From Mobula hypostoma (lineage: Eukaryota), in the NCBI RefSeq assembly GCF_963921235.1, contig NC_086105.1, forward strand, positions 134,106,001-134,170,000: 64,000 bases of DNA, written 5' to 3'. Each line of letters starts with the position of its first letter. Position 1 is the stretch's first letter. The translations under genes and the position numbers were made by a program. The notes beneath the pieces were generated by a model that was given only the letters and a program-made list of their open reading frames with translations, was not told where the DNA came from and ran no database searches. Below are positions 1 to 13,366 of the stretch, piece by piece.

Positions 1-503
1 GGCTCTTGAAGTAAAGGGAATAACTCCACTCAACTTCACTTGCCCCATTACTGAAATGATCCCACAACCTAAGATTCACTTTCAATGACTCTTCATCTCA
101 TATTCTTGATATTTATTATTGCTGTTTCTTCTTTACATATTTGCACAATTTGTTGTCTCCTGCACTGTGGTTGAATGACCTACTTGGGCGGTCTTTCATT
201 CATTCTGTTATAGTTATTATTCTATTTATTCTATAGCTTTGTTGAGCATGTCCATGAGAAAATGAATCTCAAGTTTGACATAAATTTACTTTGATAGTTA
301 GATTTTCTTTGAATTTTGAACTTAAGGAGTTTGTACATTCTCCCCGTGACCACATGGGTTTCCTCCAGGTGCTCCAGTTTCCTCCCAAGGATGTACAGTT
401 AGTGTCTGCAAATTATGCTCAACTCCAAGTCTCCTAAAGTCTATGGTCATAGCTTTGGTTCTTGACCAACACATCTGCTGAAAACTTGCCTTCAATCTGG
501 AAA

Positions 504-715
504 GCAACACACATCAAAGTTGCTGGTGAACGTAGCAGGCCAGGCAGCATCTGTAGGAAGAGGTGCAGTCGACATTTCAGGACTCACGAAGGGTCTCGGC
601 CTGAAACGTCGACTGCACCTCTTCCTACAGATGCTGCCTGGCCTGCTGCGTTCACCAGCAACTTTGATGTGTGTTGCTTGAATTTCCAGCATCTGCAGAA
701 TTCCTGTTGTTTGCA
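504..715. mobile_element. Penelope-like element terminal-repeat fragment inserted as a fold-back, with 13-bp TSD
   Basis: 586-712 matches the 3' end of the PLE at 25634-25760; 502-581 is the reverse complement of 600-679 (2 mismatches); TTCAATCTGGAAA flanks both sides (491-503, 716-728). Confidence 0.9.
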
Positions 716-1921
716 TTCAATCTGGAAAACAACTTTTCATTACTTCTCTGTTTCCTGTTATTTTGTCAATTTTCTATCCATGTGTCTACAACCCTTTTTA
801 TCCCAGTTTCATCTATGATTGCATGCTCATAATGGGACATTTTATTAAACACTTTTTGGAAGTGTGTATATATGACATCAGCTATGTTTCCCTTATTCAT
901 CCTCTATGTGATTTCATAAAAAAAAATTCTATCATGTTAGTTGGGCACTATTTACTTTGAACAGATTCATACTGGCTTTCTGTCATCAATCCACGCTTAA
1001 TCAAGGGATGGCTAGGTCTGTAGCTGATTATTGTTTCTGAAATGTTGAGTCTAAACTGACTGTACATTGATCTTTGGTAGCTAGATTTATCACTAGATCC
1101 TATTTTTAACACTGATGTAATACTTGCAGTTTCTCTAGAACCCAACTAGAATCTATAGAAAATTGTTTTTTTTCTGTTATCAGTTTATTAACTTGGTTTA
1201 TTATTGGGACATGGTGCCCAGATTTCATACATAATTCCATTTTTCAGCAACCTATGATGCATCCTATTTGGACCAGCCTTGAGTACAACTGGCTTTTCTT
1301 CAAGGTGGCATCACCGAACAACGCAACCAACAGTGACATCATGCAGACAGTTCTCAAAACTATTTATTTGACTCATCTTCTTCTTTCAAATGCAATCCTA
1401 CTACTAAACTGTGTGCGATTGGAACTTGTAATTTACATTTTAGTGGTGTGATTTTGGGCTGATTGAGCAATCTGGTGCTTTGATGTCTCCCGGGGAGTTT
1501 GGTAAGGTTTAGAGCGGAGTGTGCGACCTGGAAGCCTGAAAACCTGGAGACTGAGTGCAAACCCATGATCAACTCCATTGCTTCTCCTCATCTGAGGCGT
1601 CGAAGTTGATAAGACTAAGAGGGGAGGACAGGCCTGTGTTTCACTGCTCTTCTTCTCCCTCTTGCTAGCTGTTGTCGGAGAAAAGTGCAGGATTGTTGGG
1701 ATCCACGTTGCAAGGATTCATTGGCAAGGCTCATGGCTGTGGATTCATTTTGGGGGACTTCGAGGTTCATGTTCCATATCTTTCTGGGTTCTGTTTACTT
1801 TTTTTTTGCTGTTTTTTTAGTGGTTTGATCAATTGATGTGGACGGGGGCGTTTCGGTAAGGAATAGTTCTGCAGCCTGCAATGAACTATTGGCGCAGTGT
1901 TGAACTGAATTAAACTGAATG

Positions 1922-3985
1922 AAAACAAGAGAAGATCTGCAGATGCTGGAAATCCAAGCGACTCACACAAAATCCTGGAGGAACTCTGCAGGCCTGGCAG
2001 CATCTGTGGTAAAAAGTACAGCTGACGTTTCAGGCCAAAACCCTTCGGCAGGACTAGAGACATTAACCTGAGGAGTAGATTTATAAGGTGGGGGCAGGGG
2101 AGAGAGAAACACCAGGTGATAGGTGAAACTTGGAGGGGAGGTGTTACGTACCCTGTAACTGGGTTGCCAAACCAGCAGAAATGGACCACGTGTTGGAGTC
2201 TGGTTTAACAGAAACTAATAAAGTTTTATTAAAGAAATAAGTAACACAGTACTCTAATCGTAAGGATATAAATGCAACAGGTTAGCAATAATAAAACAGA
2301 TATGTACACAGAACTAGGGTAATAGGAATCAACCAAGCTCTATCGCAGTCTAGGGGTAAAATGATCAGTCTCAAGTGACGCAGAGTTCAGTTCAGCTTAG
2401 TACAGTTCACAGTAATCGCTGTTGTGCCGTTGGAGAGAGAGAATGCAAATTTTGATTCAAACAGACCTTTGATGTTCTTTGCAGTTAGCTTTCGGGCGAA
2501 CCCTTTTATGTCTTCTGTGGTCACCGACTGTGACCCCTCCATTCCATATACAACCGTTCTTCCGCGGTGAACCCGGCGCCCAGGCAAGGGCGGACACACA
2601 CACCAGGTTCCCGCCGATCGTCCCTTTTCACCCTGTCAGTCTATGGTCGGTTCCCTCGAACCAGACCTCCAACTCTCACCAACTTGTGGGGGCACACCAC
2701 TCTTCCAAGGTTTCGTTATCTCGTGATCTCGTGGTGTGTGTCGTGCCTTAGCGAACCTGTTCTTTTTATCCCCCTGCTGGGGTATCACCTGTCCATCAAA
2801 CGTCAAACAGTTCAGGTTCATAGCAAATGGTCTGTCAATATTCTGAGATGTGTTTCTTTCTTGTTAATCTCTCTCTTCTCTCTTATTAGCATTTTGAATG
2901 CTTCTCCATTGTCTCACTTATCTCTCTCTCATTAGCATCAATCTTCTGATAACTTGGTTTTTCGTCACAGAAGAATGGAGTAAAGAGCTGGGAAGTTGAT
3001 TCGTGAAAGAGACAGAAGGCCATGGAAGAAAGAAGGAGGAGGGAGGAGAACCAGAGGGAGGTGATGGGCAGGCAGGGAGGTAAGGTGAGGGTGGGAAAAG
3101 GGGATGGGGAATAGTGAAGGAACTGGGTGGTGGTGGTGTTAGAAGGCATTACTGGAAGTTTGAGAAATCAACGTTCATGCCATCAGGTTGGAGGCTACCC
3201 AACCGAAATATAAGGTGTTGTTCCTCCAACCTAGGTGTGGTCTCATCACGACAGTGGAGAAGGCCATGGATGGACATATCGGAATGGAAATGGGAAGTGG
3301 AATTAAAATGGGTGACCACTGGGAGATCCTGCTTCTTCTGGCAGATGGAGCGTAGGTGCTCGGAGAAGCAGTCTCTTAATTTACATCGGGTCTTACTGAT
3401 ATACAGTAGGCCACACCGGGAGCACTGAACATAGAATATGACCCCAATAGTTTCACAGGTGAAATTTTGCCTCACCTGGAGGGAGAAGATGTAGGGACAA
3501 GTGTAGCACTTGTTCCACTTGCAAGGATAACTGCCAGGAGGGAGATCAGTGGGGAGGGACGAATTGACAAGGGAGCTGCGTGGGGAGCGATTCTTGCAGA
3601 AAGCAGAAAGTTGGGGAGGGGGGGAAGGGGTAGGGAAAGATGTGCTTGATGGTGGGATCCAGTTGGAGGTGGCAGAATTTTCGGAGAATTATGTGCTGGA
3701 TGCGAAGCCTGGTGGGGTGGTAGATGAGGACAAGAGGAATCCTATCCCTGGTAGGGTGGCAGGAGGATGGGGTAAGAGCAGGCGTGCGTGAAGTGGAAGA
3801 GATGCAGTTGAGGGCAGCGTTGATGGTGAAGGAAGGGAAGCCCTTTTCTTTGAAAAAGAAGGACATCTCCTTCATTCTAGAATGAAAAGCCTCATCCTGA
3901 AGCATTGATGGTGGAGGAAGGGAGGCCCTTTTTATGAAAAAAGAGGACATCTCCTTTGTTCTACAATGAAAAGCCTCATCCTGAA
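1922..3985 (-). mobile_element. Penelope-like element, 5'-truncated, interrupted by a solo LTR
   Basis: ORF 3149-3475(-) is homologous to the GIY-YIG end of ORF 23970-25331 (CSRCGLLYISKT...LGSLQPDGMNVDFSNF); terminal repeat at 1922-2060. Confidence 0.9.
2142..2969 (-). mobile_element. Solo LTR (Gypsy, related to 28109-28965)
   Basis: TG...CA termini; reverse-complement similarity to 28109-28965; flanks GAGG/GAAG (4-bp TSD, one mismatch). Confidence 0.85.
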
Positions 3986-4619
3986 TACTACAGGACTCCT
4001 GCATTTTTCGCTCACTTTTTGCCGTTTGCGGAATTTGTTCTTTTTTCTGCATTTGTGTTTGATCCTGCCTTGAACAGGTTCCATGATGTTTCTTTGTTTC
4101 ATGGCTGCCTGCAGGAAGAAGAATCTCAAAGTTGTATTTTGTACACATACTTCAATAAATCTGTACTTTGAATCTTTGAATCTTTTAGCTCTTCATTATT
4201 AATGTTAGCTCTTCCAGAATCTCAGTTCCGTTTTCCTTCACTGAGAGTCTGGCAATATCTTCTTCCTTGACAAATAATTACTAACCAATGAATCATCAAA
4301 CTTGGGCAAACCATGTTAATATTACTTTAATCTCTGGAGGAAAAAATGTGCAAAGATTTTTCTTGACTTGATTGGCAGAAGTCCATCCTGCCTGAGATTG
4401 TCTATTTCCGTACTTGACAGGTTAATTTCCTTATTTGGAAATGACAGTCCAATCAGTTCTAAAGCCATCTAGAGCTCTAGTCTTCCCTAGAAGATGGCAT
4501 TGAATGTTCTAGAAATGCTGTGTTACTGCAACATTTGTCATCTCTTTTCGTTTAACCATCCGTTTGGATCAGGCAATGAACCGTAACACATTCTATCCTC
4601 AATCGTTTTGGAATATCCT

Positions 4620-5240
4620 GAAGGAGGCCATGCACAATCCTGATATGATGGAGACAGCCATGAGAAGCACGGAGGAACATCTGGAGAAACTTCTGAAATG
4701 CCCGCTTCGCTGCCGCTGCTACTGTGCGATCGAGAATCTCCGGAGGGGAAGGCCCCAGATCCTTGGCTTTGCCTATTGCCTGTTGCCGGGGCTGGGGTCA
4801 AAGCGCTCGGCAGAGATGGTGCTCAGTGCTTGGTGTCGGAGGGCTGGTCGGAGGCTCGAAGTTTTCAGACGGACTCAAGAGTCGGTCTGTGGTCGGGTGC
4901 TTCCAGGGTGCTGCATTGGCAAGTTTGCGGCGCTGGAAGCTCATGGCAGGAAGAGAGTTTTTCTTCCTTCTACCGTCTGCGTGAGATGATGGGACTTTTG
5001 AGAGACTTTGAGATTTTCTTTACCGTGCCCATGGTCTGTTCTTCTATCAAATTATGGTATTGTTTTGTACTGTTGTAACTATGTGTTATAATTACGTGGT
5101 TTTTGTCAGTATTTTTAAGTCTTGGTTTGTCTTGTGTTTCTGTGATATCATTCTGGAGGAACATTTTATCATTTCTTAATGCATGCATTACTAAATGACA
5201 ATAAAAGAGGACTGTGTATCCTCATAATCTAATCTAATCT
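4620..5240 (+). mobile_element. Non-autonomous non-LTR retroelement with (AATCT)n tail
   Basis: AATATCCT TSD at 4612-4619 and 5241-5248; (AATCT)n tail; reverse copy at about 28009-29492. Confidence 0.75.
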
Positions 5241-5439
5241 AATATCCTTGGGATCTCACCTTCAGTTTGAGAGGAAAATTAATCTGGGTGTTAATGCAAG
5301 CAGATTCAAATGGACAAGGCCTCCTTTTTATTACTCCAGGCCTGCCAACCGCATCAAAAAGTGGCACTGAGGGTCAACCCTCCCTGCACCCACACTCCGA
5401 ACTATAGCTAGACATCCCTTACTCTGGTAAAGCGCCAAA

Positions 5440-5770
5440 AGCTGAATGGACTTTTCCCAGGGTTGAAAATCTAGTACCGGAGAGAAACCACTTAAGGCAT
5501 GAAGGAATGAGTTCAAGGGAGATGTGCAGAAGTTTCTCAAACAGACAGTCATGGGTGCCTGGAATACACTGCTTGGTATTCCAAGCAGAGGCATTCAAGA
5601 GGTTCTTGGATAGGCACAGGAATGTGCAGGAAATGGAAGCACGTGGACATTGTGGTAGGCAGAACGGATTAGTTTAGGTGGGCATTTGATTACTGAATGA
5701 ATTAATTTGTTTCAACATGGTGAGCCAAAGGGCATGTTCCTGGGCTGTATTGTTCTATGTTCAATATTCT
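5440..5770 (+). mobile_element. CR1 LINE 3' fragment, old
   Basis: Similar to the 3' ends of the CR1 copies at 13367-14188 and 44508-45118. Confidence 0.7.
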
Positions 5771-6460
5771 AGATGTACCTTCAGCCACATGGTCCAGTAG
5801 TGCTAATCACCATCAACTCCTGGTACAAACCCTCCAACTGTCCTGCCGAAGGGTCTTGGCCCGAAATGTCAACTGTACTCTTTTCCATGAATGCTGCCTG
5901 GCCTGCTGAGTTCCTCCAGCATTTTGTGTGTGTTACATAATGATTGAATATACCTTTATCTAAAAAATTGACCAGCTGGTAATCCTGAACCTACAGTGAA
6001 TCTATATGTTGTGGTTGATATATTTGGTCAGCCTCACTTGCATAGCTGGCCCTTTCGTTAATGCTTACCTTGCAATACTTTCTGCAGATCTGCCCTTGCT
6101 TAATTAGAATGTAAGAAAAATAATGAGCGAGAGCTTCCTCAGTCCAACAGAATGAGTCAAACTCCCAAAACAATTCGATCCAAAATATAGAGAATTTAAT
6201 AACAGTTAATTGGGATCTGTCAGTTGGTCTTATGAAGAATGTAACATCCGCTGTTACTTCCAAGAGTAATTAAAAACCTTTAGTCCCTTCATGTGCTGAG
6301 CTCACACAAGATGTTGCAGCAGGAAGTTGCTGAATGTTGAAAACCAATGAAATGGAACAAACATACTGAAAATCTTCACCTTTTCCATCATTCAGCAAGT
6401 CAAAGTTCAAAGTTCAAAATAAATTTATTATCTAAGTATGTATATAGCACCATAAGTATG

Positions 6461-6905
6461 CAAAGCACTCCAGCGTGTGGTGAAAACTGCCCAGTGGATT
6501 ATCGGCACCCAACTGCTCACCATTGAGAACGTCTACCGTAAACGCTGCCTGGGCAGGGCGAAATGCATTATCAAGGATGCATCTCACCCTAACCATTGAC
6601 TTTTTAGTCTCCTTCCATCCGGTAGGTGCTACAGGAGCCTCCATTCCTGCACCAGCAGGCACAGGAAGAGTTTCTTCCCTGAGGCTGTGACCCTGCTGAA
6701 CCTCTCATCACAGCGCTAAGCAGTATTGCACCCATATTGTACTGTTTCAGTACTTTTATATTTGTGTGCTGTAGCACTTACTTTTTATTCACAGTTATTT
6801 TGTAAATAACACTATTCTTTGCAATTCTGGTTAGATGCTAACTGTACTTCATTGGCTTTGTATCTGTACTCAGCACAATGACCATAAAGTTGAATCTAAT
6901 CTAAT
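6461..6905 (+). mobile_element. LINE 3' fragment, Rex1/Babar-like; many related fragments occur across the window
   Basis: Encodes a typical C-terminal LINE RT tail (IIKDASHP...LLPSGRCYRS...RKSFFPEAV) and ends in (AATCT)n; clade assignment is by recognition only. Confidence 0.6.
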
Positions 6906-9900
6906 ACTACCATGAGACTTATTTTCTTGCAAGCATTCACAGTAGAATAGAAATACAATATAAAATACACCCAAATACTTATAAACAGCTAATGTGTAAA
7001 CAAGGATAAATAAAATTTTTAAAAATACTGAGAACATGAATTGTAGAGTCCTTGGAAGTGAGTCCTTTGGTTGTGAATCAGTTCAGTGTCTGTCCCTGTG
7101 CACAAGATACATACATCTAGCCTTGGCTGTGGGGCAGGTCTTTGCAATGTGTTGCATTCACCAGATTCTCAAAAGACAACCAACCTGCAAGGGCACTGGC
7201 CAGCACCAAATTCTTAATATCTGGAACATCTAGGTACCTGGCTTTGGAGGGAGTTGGGGAGTTGCTAAAGCTGCTGTGAAATCAGGTGCTAAAGGAGGAT
7301 CTGGGTGTCATTTGAAGGGTCTGCACTCCAGAAGATTTACGCGCAAACTGGGGCATACAGGCATATTAATGTAATGGGCAGCAGTTCCTGACTTCAGCAT
7401 GTGCCCATGAGCATCAACCACTTTCCATCTAAGTGTGCAGCCGACCACTCGGAACTTCCTGGGACCTTAGCAGGGCTGCTTCATTTTCACTCCACTGCTG
7501 GGTATCCCAGTCCTCCATAAATCCATCTTGGTGCCCAGCAACTCAACCACATTTAGCCCTAATCTCACGTTCTCTCGGAATACCGCTCCAAACATGTTAG
7601 GGTTTCAAGGTAAGGGACAGCAAGGTTGAAAGAGATTGAATTAAAGGATCGTCCCGCTGCCTCTTTACATCAACTCAATATAATTTCTCTTAATTATTGT
7701 TGTATTGAAAAGATCATTTGTTCTTCTATTTACAATTAGGAGTTTTCTTATATTTACACATTTAACTCCTTTACATTAAAATGTTACTCTTTTTATCCAG
7801 GGCAATAGTGATGGCTTATTCAGCCAACTTGAATGAATACATTAAGGTTACCATCAGACTGAGTTCATTGTAATGGTTGTGAAGGGCTTATGCTCTGTCA
7901 GGAAATATAGTGGAGGCATGACCCAAAAGCAGAGCAGCGGAGATGATTTAGTCGTAAATGATAACTTTAATAATAAACTACAAAATAACAAACCACAAGG
8001 CACCACAAGACAAGTAGAACAGATACTTAACGTGACAAAGCAACAGGGTCACAGAAACAACACACACAAAGTCCTGGAGGAACTTGGCAGGCCAGACAGT
8101 ATCCATGGAAAAGAGTTAATGTTTTGGGCTGAGGGCCTTCATCAAGACTGGAAAGGAAGGGAGAAGAAGATGGGGAGAGGGGAAAATGAAGTACAAAGTA
8201 GTAGGTGCTAGGTGAAACTGGGAGGGGGAAGGGGTGAAGTAAAGATCTGGAAAATCGATTGGTGAAAGAGATAAAGGGCTGGGGAAGGGGGAACCTGATA
8301 GAAGAGGACAAACACCATGGAAGAAAGGGAAGGGGAAGGAGCACCAAAGGGACTGACATGTTGGAATGCCACATGTTGAGTTCCTCCAGCAGTTTTAGTG
8401 TCTTGCTTTGGATTTCCGGCATCTGCAGATTTTCTTGTGTTTTTGATACTAATAGTACTGCGAAGTCTCTTCGAGGGATGCCTACCCTAAAGGTTTAAAT
8501 CTTCCATTCAATGGGGGTTCAGTGAAACCCTCTTGCACTGCTCCCCCTCTGTGATTTCTGCTGCCTTCTGACTCTTCGCTACCTTGTACTTCTTCCTCTC
8601 CTCTCCCCAACGTTTTATTCTGACTTTGCCCCTTCCGTGATGGAGGGTCTCAGCCCTAAATATTGACTGTTTACTCTTTTCCATAGATGCTTCCTGACCT
8701 GCTGAGTTCCTCCAGCATTTTGTTTGTGTTGCTTTGAACTTCCAGCACCTGCAGACTTTCTCATGTCTAAGGTAACTGAAGGCTAGGAACAACTCCTTGA
8801 GCCTGGCTGGTTTGATGAGTGAACAGGGATTGTGGATGAGAGTTGGGCTTAAATAGGCTGCAGATCATGAGTTGGCAATGAGTGGCAGGTGACTCCTTTT
8901 AGCTGAGTGGAGACAGGGTGGTGTCTGCCTATGCAGGCCTGACAGGACGGGCCAACACCTACAACCGGCGCCCAACAGCCCAGGACGACCCAGACGGGTC
9001 CAGTTGAACTCCTCAATAAGCAATAGATCGAAGATGAAATTAGATGGAAACCAAGACAGATCATTCTATCTGTACCCTTCCTAGATGACAAGGTACTCCC
9101 CAGCCTGTCCATGACAACATGAATTCATTAATGACAAACTATGTACAATGGACCACATTCCACCATCTTAGGCTCTGGAGATGCAAGCCCAGGTGAGTTG
9201 AGTGGTCTATTGACCACAAGTTTGAGGCAGAACACGTGGAAAGTAGGTGTAATCCTGAGGGACGGTGGCAAATGGAGATGGTAAGTGGCTGGATTGATGT
9301 GATGGGTAACTTTGAAAGGGGCAATGAACTGAGGTGAGAGGTTGTGGGAGTCAGAGTGCAGGGGAAGATCTCAAATGGATAGCCAGACACAGTCACCAGG
9401 CCAGAGTAGTCTGACTGGGCACCACCGGTGGTTGGCCTGGTGGCAGTTGGCTTAGTTGGCAGTTAGGATGGCCCTCCATGCCCTCTTCCAAGCATTCAGG
9501 CCTTAGTGAGCCAGGACCCTGGTGGATGAGGCCTCCATCCTTGGCTCCTCTGTGGGAACAACATGGGATGGTAGCAATGAAGCAGTTCGAAGATTGGTAT
9601 GTAGATTGTGGGACAGCTCCACCCAGAGCAGATACGTTTTCCATGCGGAACGCTTAGAGGTGGTGAATCATTACAGAAACATCTCTAATTGCTGATTTGC
9701 TCTTTCTGGCTGTCTAATGTTCTGTGGATGATAGCCTGAGGATAAACTCACTGAGGTGCGGAGGAGGGAGCAGAAAGCTCGTCAGAAGCAGGAGATGAAT
9801 TGTGGGCCCTGCGGAGGTGAAGTACATGTTGGGGAACCAGGTTCACCATCTCAGCGGCTGACAGACATTGGGGGAGAGCAATGAAGTGGGTCGCCTTGGA

Positions 9901-11171
9901 GAACTGGTCCACCACTGTCATGATCACTGTAATGGGACAAACCCATGATGAAATCCATAGTATTGTGGGACCATGGGCATCGAGGGACCGGTAGGGGCTG
10001 CAGATTGGAGGAATTGTACTGTGCCCATTGAGGACAGGCAGCGTCAAAATAGCGTGCGTCTGCAATCGTAGTGGGCCACCAGAACTGGCGTCACAGAAAA
10101 TTCAGGTCTGTCATGCCCCTGGATAGCTGGAGAGGGATGAGGAGTGGGCCAACTGGAGTGCCTCTGACTGCACAGTTGCTAGCGTGTCCATGCGGTTGAC
10201 AGGTGCGTCAGCTGAAGCAGGCTCGTGCTGTAGGGCCTGGCAGATCTGGTTGTCAAGATCCCAGACAATCAGGGCAAGGATGGAATGATGGGCTAAAGGT
10301 CGATCTTTGTTTCAGCTGGATTGAACTCCAGAGACAGAGTGACCACCTTAGTGTTCTTGGGCACGGGTTGGCAGAAGATGGTGAAACTGAATTGTTCGAA
10401 GAAGAGGGCCCAGCGAGCCTGATGTGGGTTGAGTTGGCGAATCTACTGAATGGATATGAGGTTATAGTGGTCAGTCCAGGTCAGGAAGGGCTTAGTTCAC
10501 CCTGTCATCCAATTTCTCCATTCCTCTAAGGCCCATTTAATGACGAGTAGCTCCTTGTCTCCTGCTCCATAAGGGCACTCGTTAGAGTTGAACTTGTGCG
10601 AGAAGAAGGCACAGCGGTTGTTTTCCATCCAGTCTTCTCTGGGTTGAGGATGGCCTGGCTCCTGCATCAGATGCATCCACCTCTACGAGATGGAAGAGAA
10701 GAGGAGTGAAGATGGAGTGTCTCTTGAGCTCCTTAAAAGTGTGGTCTGCAGTAGCAGAGCAGCTTATCCAAGAGTTAGATGATTTAGTGAGAGAGCTGAG
10801 AAGAGTGACAATTTGGCTGTAATTCCTGACGAAATGGCGGCAGAAGCTGGAGAAGCCCAAGAAGCACTGTAGCTATTTGAGGGACTGTTGTTGGGGCCAT
10901 CCAATAATGGTGCACACTTTCTCTGGGTCCATGGGGTGAAAGGACATAGCCCAGGAATGAAATGACTCGGGTGTGGAACTGCTGTTTTTCCAATTTGCAG
11001 TACAGTTGGTTTTCGAGGAGATGCTGATGGACTGAATGGACATATTAGATCTGTTCTTGGGGGTTCTTGGAGAAGATGAAGATGTCATCAAGGGAGACGA
11101 ATGCACACGTGTGTAACGTGTCTCAGAGGGTCTCATGAATGAAGGCTTGGAAAATGGCTGGACTGTTGGAA

Positions 11172-11930
11172 GAAGATGACACCAGTGAACAATGTAACCA
11201 AGGCCAACATCCTCCTGACTGTTCATGAAACTACTTCTTTTACTTCTTTTATGTCTTCTTTGTTCTTCAAATGTGGTTCTGCTACTGTTTGGTGGCTGTA
11301 ATCTACATTTTGGTGGTGCGTTTTCAGGCTGATTGAGCGATCTGACACTCTGCTCTCTCCGCAGGAGTTCGTTGAGATCTCAAGAAATCTTGAGGCCAAG
11401 AAGCCTAAAGACAAGGCAGGAGCCTATGATCAACTCCACTTCTCACTGACAAAAGCTTCAAGAAAGATTGAAATCATCAAGGAGCAAGTGGAAGGCAAAG
11501 AGGGTGTTCAGCACCATTTACTAGGCTCTCACTTACTTTGTTGCTGAAGCAAGGTGTCTGCGTGTGACAGTCTTGCTCTCCTTCTCACTCGCTGCTCCCA
11601 AAGGAATGTCCCTGCATTCAAATGGATCCTCTTCCTCTCGCTCGATACTGCTGGAGGATTGTACTGGACTACTGGGTCTTCGGCGAGGTTTAATCGACGC
11701 AGTATGTGGATTGGACTCTGTAGTTAACATTTTGATGTGTTTCTGGTTCCTGGTCGCTCCCTTTTTCTGTTGTTATTTTAGGCAATTTTGATTGAGGTGG
11801 CCTGCAGATAATGAATGACGCAACATTCGATTGAACTGAACAGCACTCGCCCAGACTCCTTCAATTTTGTGCTTTGTATTCTATATTTTTTGCTCCCTTT
11901 TTGCCATTTACACAATTTGTTTTTTTGCCT
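11172..11930 (+). mobile_element. Second copy of the unclassified AAGATG-headed element, inserted in the chromovirus RT region
   Basis: Colinear similarity to 1301-1921. Confidence 0.55.
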
Positions 11931-12273
11931 TAAGTACACCCTATGACTTGGCCTCCACTGCCGCCTCTGGCAACAAATTCCGTAGATTCACCACCCTCTG
12001 GCTAAAAAAATTTCTTTGCATCTCTGTTCTGAATGGGCGCCCTTCAATCCTTAAGTCATGCCCTCTCGTACTAGACTCCCCCACCATAGGAAACAACTTT
12101 GCCACATCCACTCTGTCCATGCCTTTCAACATTTGAAATGTTTCTATGAGGTTCCCCCTCATTCTTCTAAACTCCAAGGAATACAGTCCAAGAGCGGACA
12201 AACGTTCCTCATATGTTAACCCTCTCATTCCGGGAATCATTCTAGTGAATCTTCTCTGTACCCTCTCCAACAT
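11931..12273 (-). mobile_element. CR1 LINE 3' fragment
   Basis: ORF 11941-12273: LERVQRRFTRMIPG...LYSLEFRRMRGNLIE...FFSQRVV. Confidence 0.9.
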
Positions 12274-13366
12274 CTTCTACTCATCCCCCTGGTGAATGCA
12301 GATCAGGTTATACATACTCCGTTGATCCAGGTTTGTGAAGATGTGGGGTCTGTGAAGTGTTTCAAATGTGCTATCCATCAAGGGGAGCATGTAGTCAGTC
12401 TTAATGGTGAGTTTGTGAAGTCCACGGTAGTTGATGCAGGGACGGAGATGTCCATCTTTCTTTTTGACAGAGCAGAATCCTGCACATTTGGGGACTCAGA
12501 TAGTCAAACTAAGCCGTGCTGTAGCACTTCAATGATGTAGTAAGTTCTTGCTTGTGTCTCAGGAGGGGAGAGGGAGAACAGGTGACCTCAGGGTGGGGGG
12601 GTGCCCAGGAGGAGGTCAATCGCAGTTGTGTGGTCTGTGAGGAGGAAGGATGCTGGCTTTCCTTTCACTGAAGGCACTGGCTAAGTCATGTTATTGCTGC
12701 TAGAATATGGTAAGGTTGAGAGTTTCCTCCGTCTCCACAGATTTCTGTTGTAAAGTCAGCTGAGGTTGCAGGCAGAAGGTCCCCAACTCAGCAATGAACC
12801 AGTTGACCAGGCAAACCGAGGACGATGAGAAGAGAACGAGGGATAACCCAAGAAGAGAGGAATGTTGGGTGAGTTGATGAGAGGGAATTGGATGGATTCA
12901 TGGAGCTCTCCAATACTCGGTATGCACAGGTTGTATCCGCACTCTAACATTCCTAGACCCCAAAGAACCATCAACGGTCATGATGTGGAAGGGATACAAG
13001 ATAGGTTTGGTAGAGATTCCAAGCTACCATACAGAATCTGGTCCAGAAAGCTGCCTGCTACACCAAAATCCATACCAGAGCTCCTGTGCACATAGAACCA
13101 TCAGGGTAGGGAGAAGGACAAAGAGAGTTAGGCTACGGTGCTGGAACAGAGAGTAGCAGGGAGATTACTTGATTGTCGGCCACTCGTCTCTGCCTGGTGG
13201 TGCGGTTTCAGTGGACATTTAATGCATGGGTGATTGGCTACTCTGCTTTAAGGTGCATGTTATTTCTTCAACAACGCGCACACTCTTTGGGGGGCTAAGG
13301 GAGCTCTCCCTAACTGTATGGGTTATGGAGATATTGCTGATGAGGGTCTTGCAGCCTGAAAGTGGT

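Larger units (their letters stand above)
1301..4185 (+). mobile_element. Unclassified non-coding retroelement (AAGATGGC-like head, TTTGAATC tail), split by the PLE at 1922-3985
   Basis: 1301-1921 is colinear with 11172-11930; resumes near 3983 and ends aataaa...tttgaatctttgaatc; partial third copy near 20780-21297. Confidence 0.55.

Noticed and set aside
7210-7600. Possible gag zinc-knuckle remnant or DNA-transposon piece
   Set aside because: Too degenerate to assign
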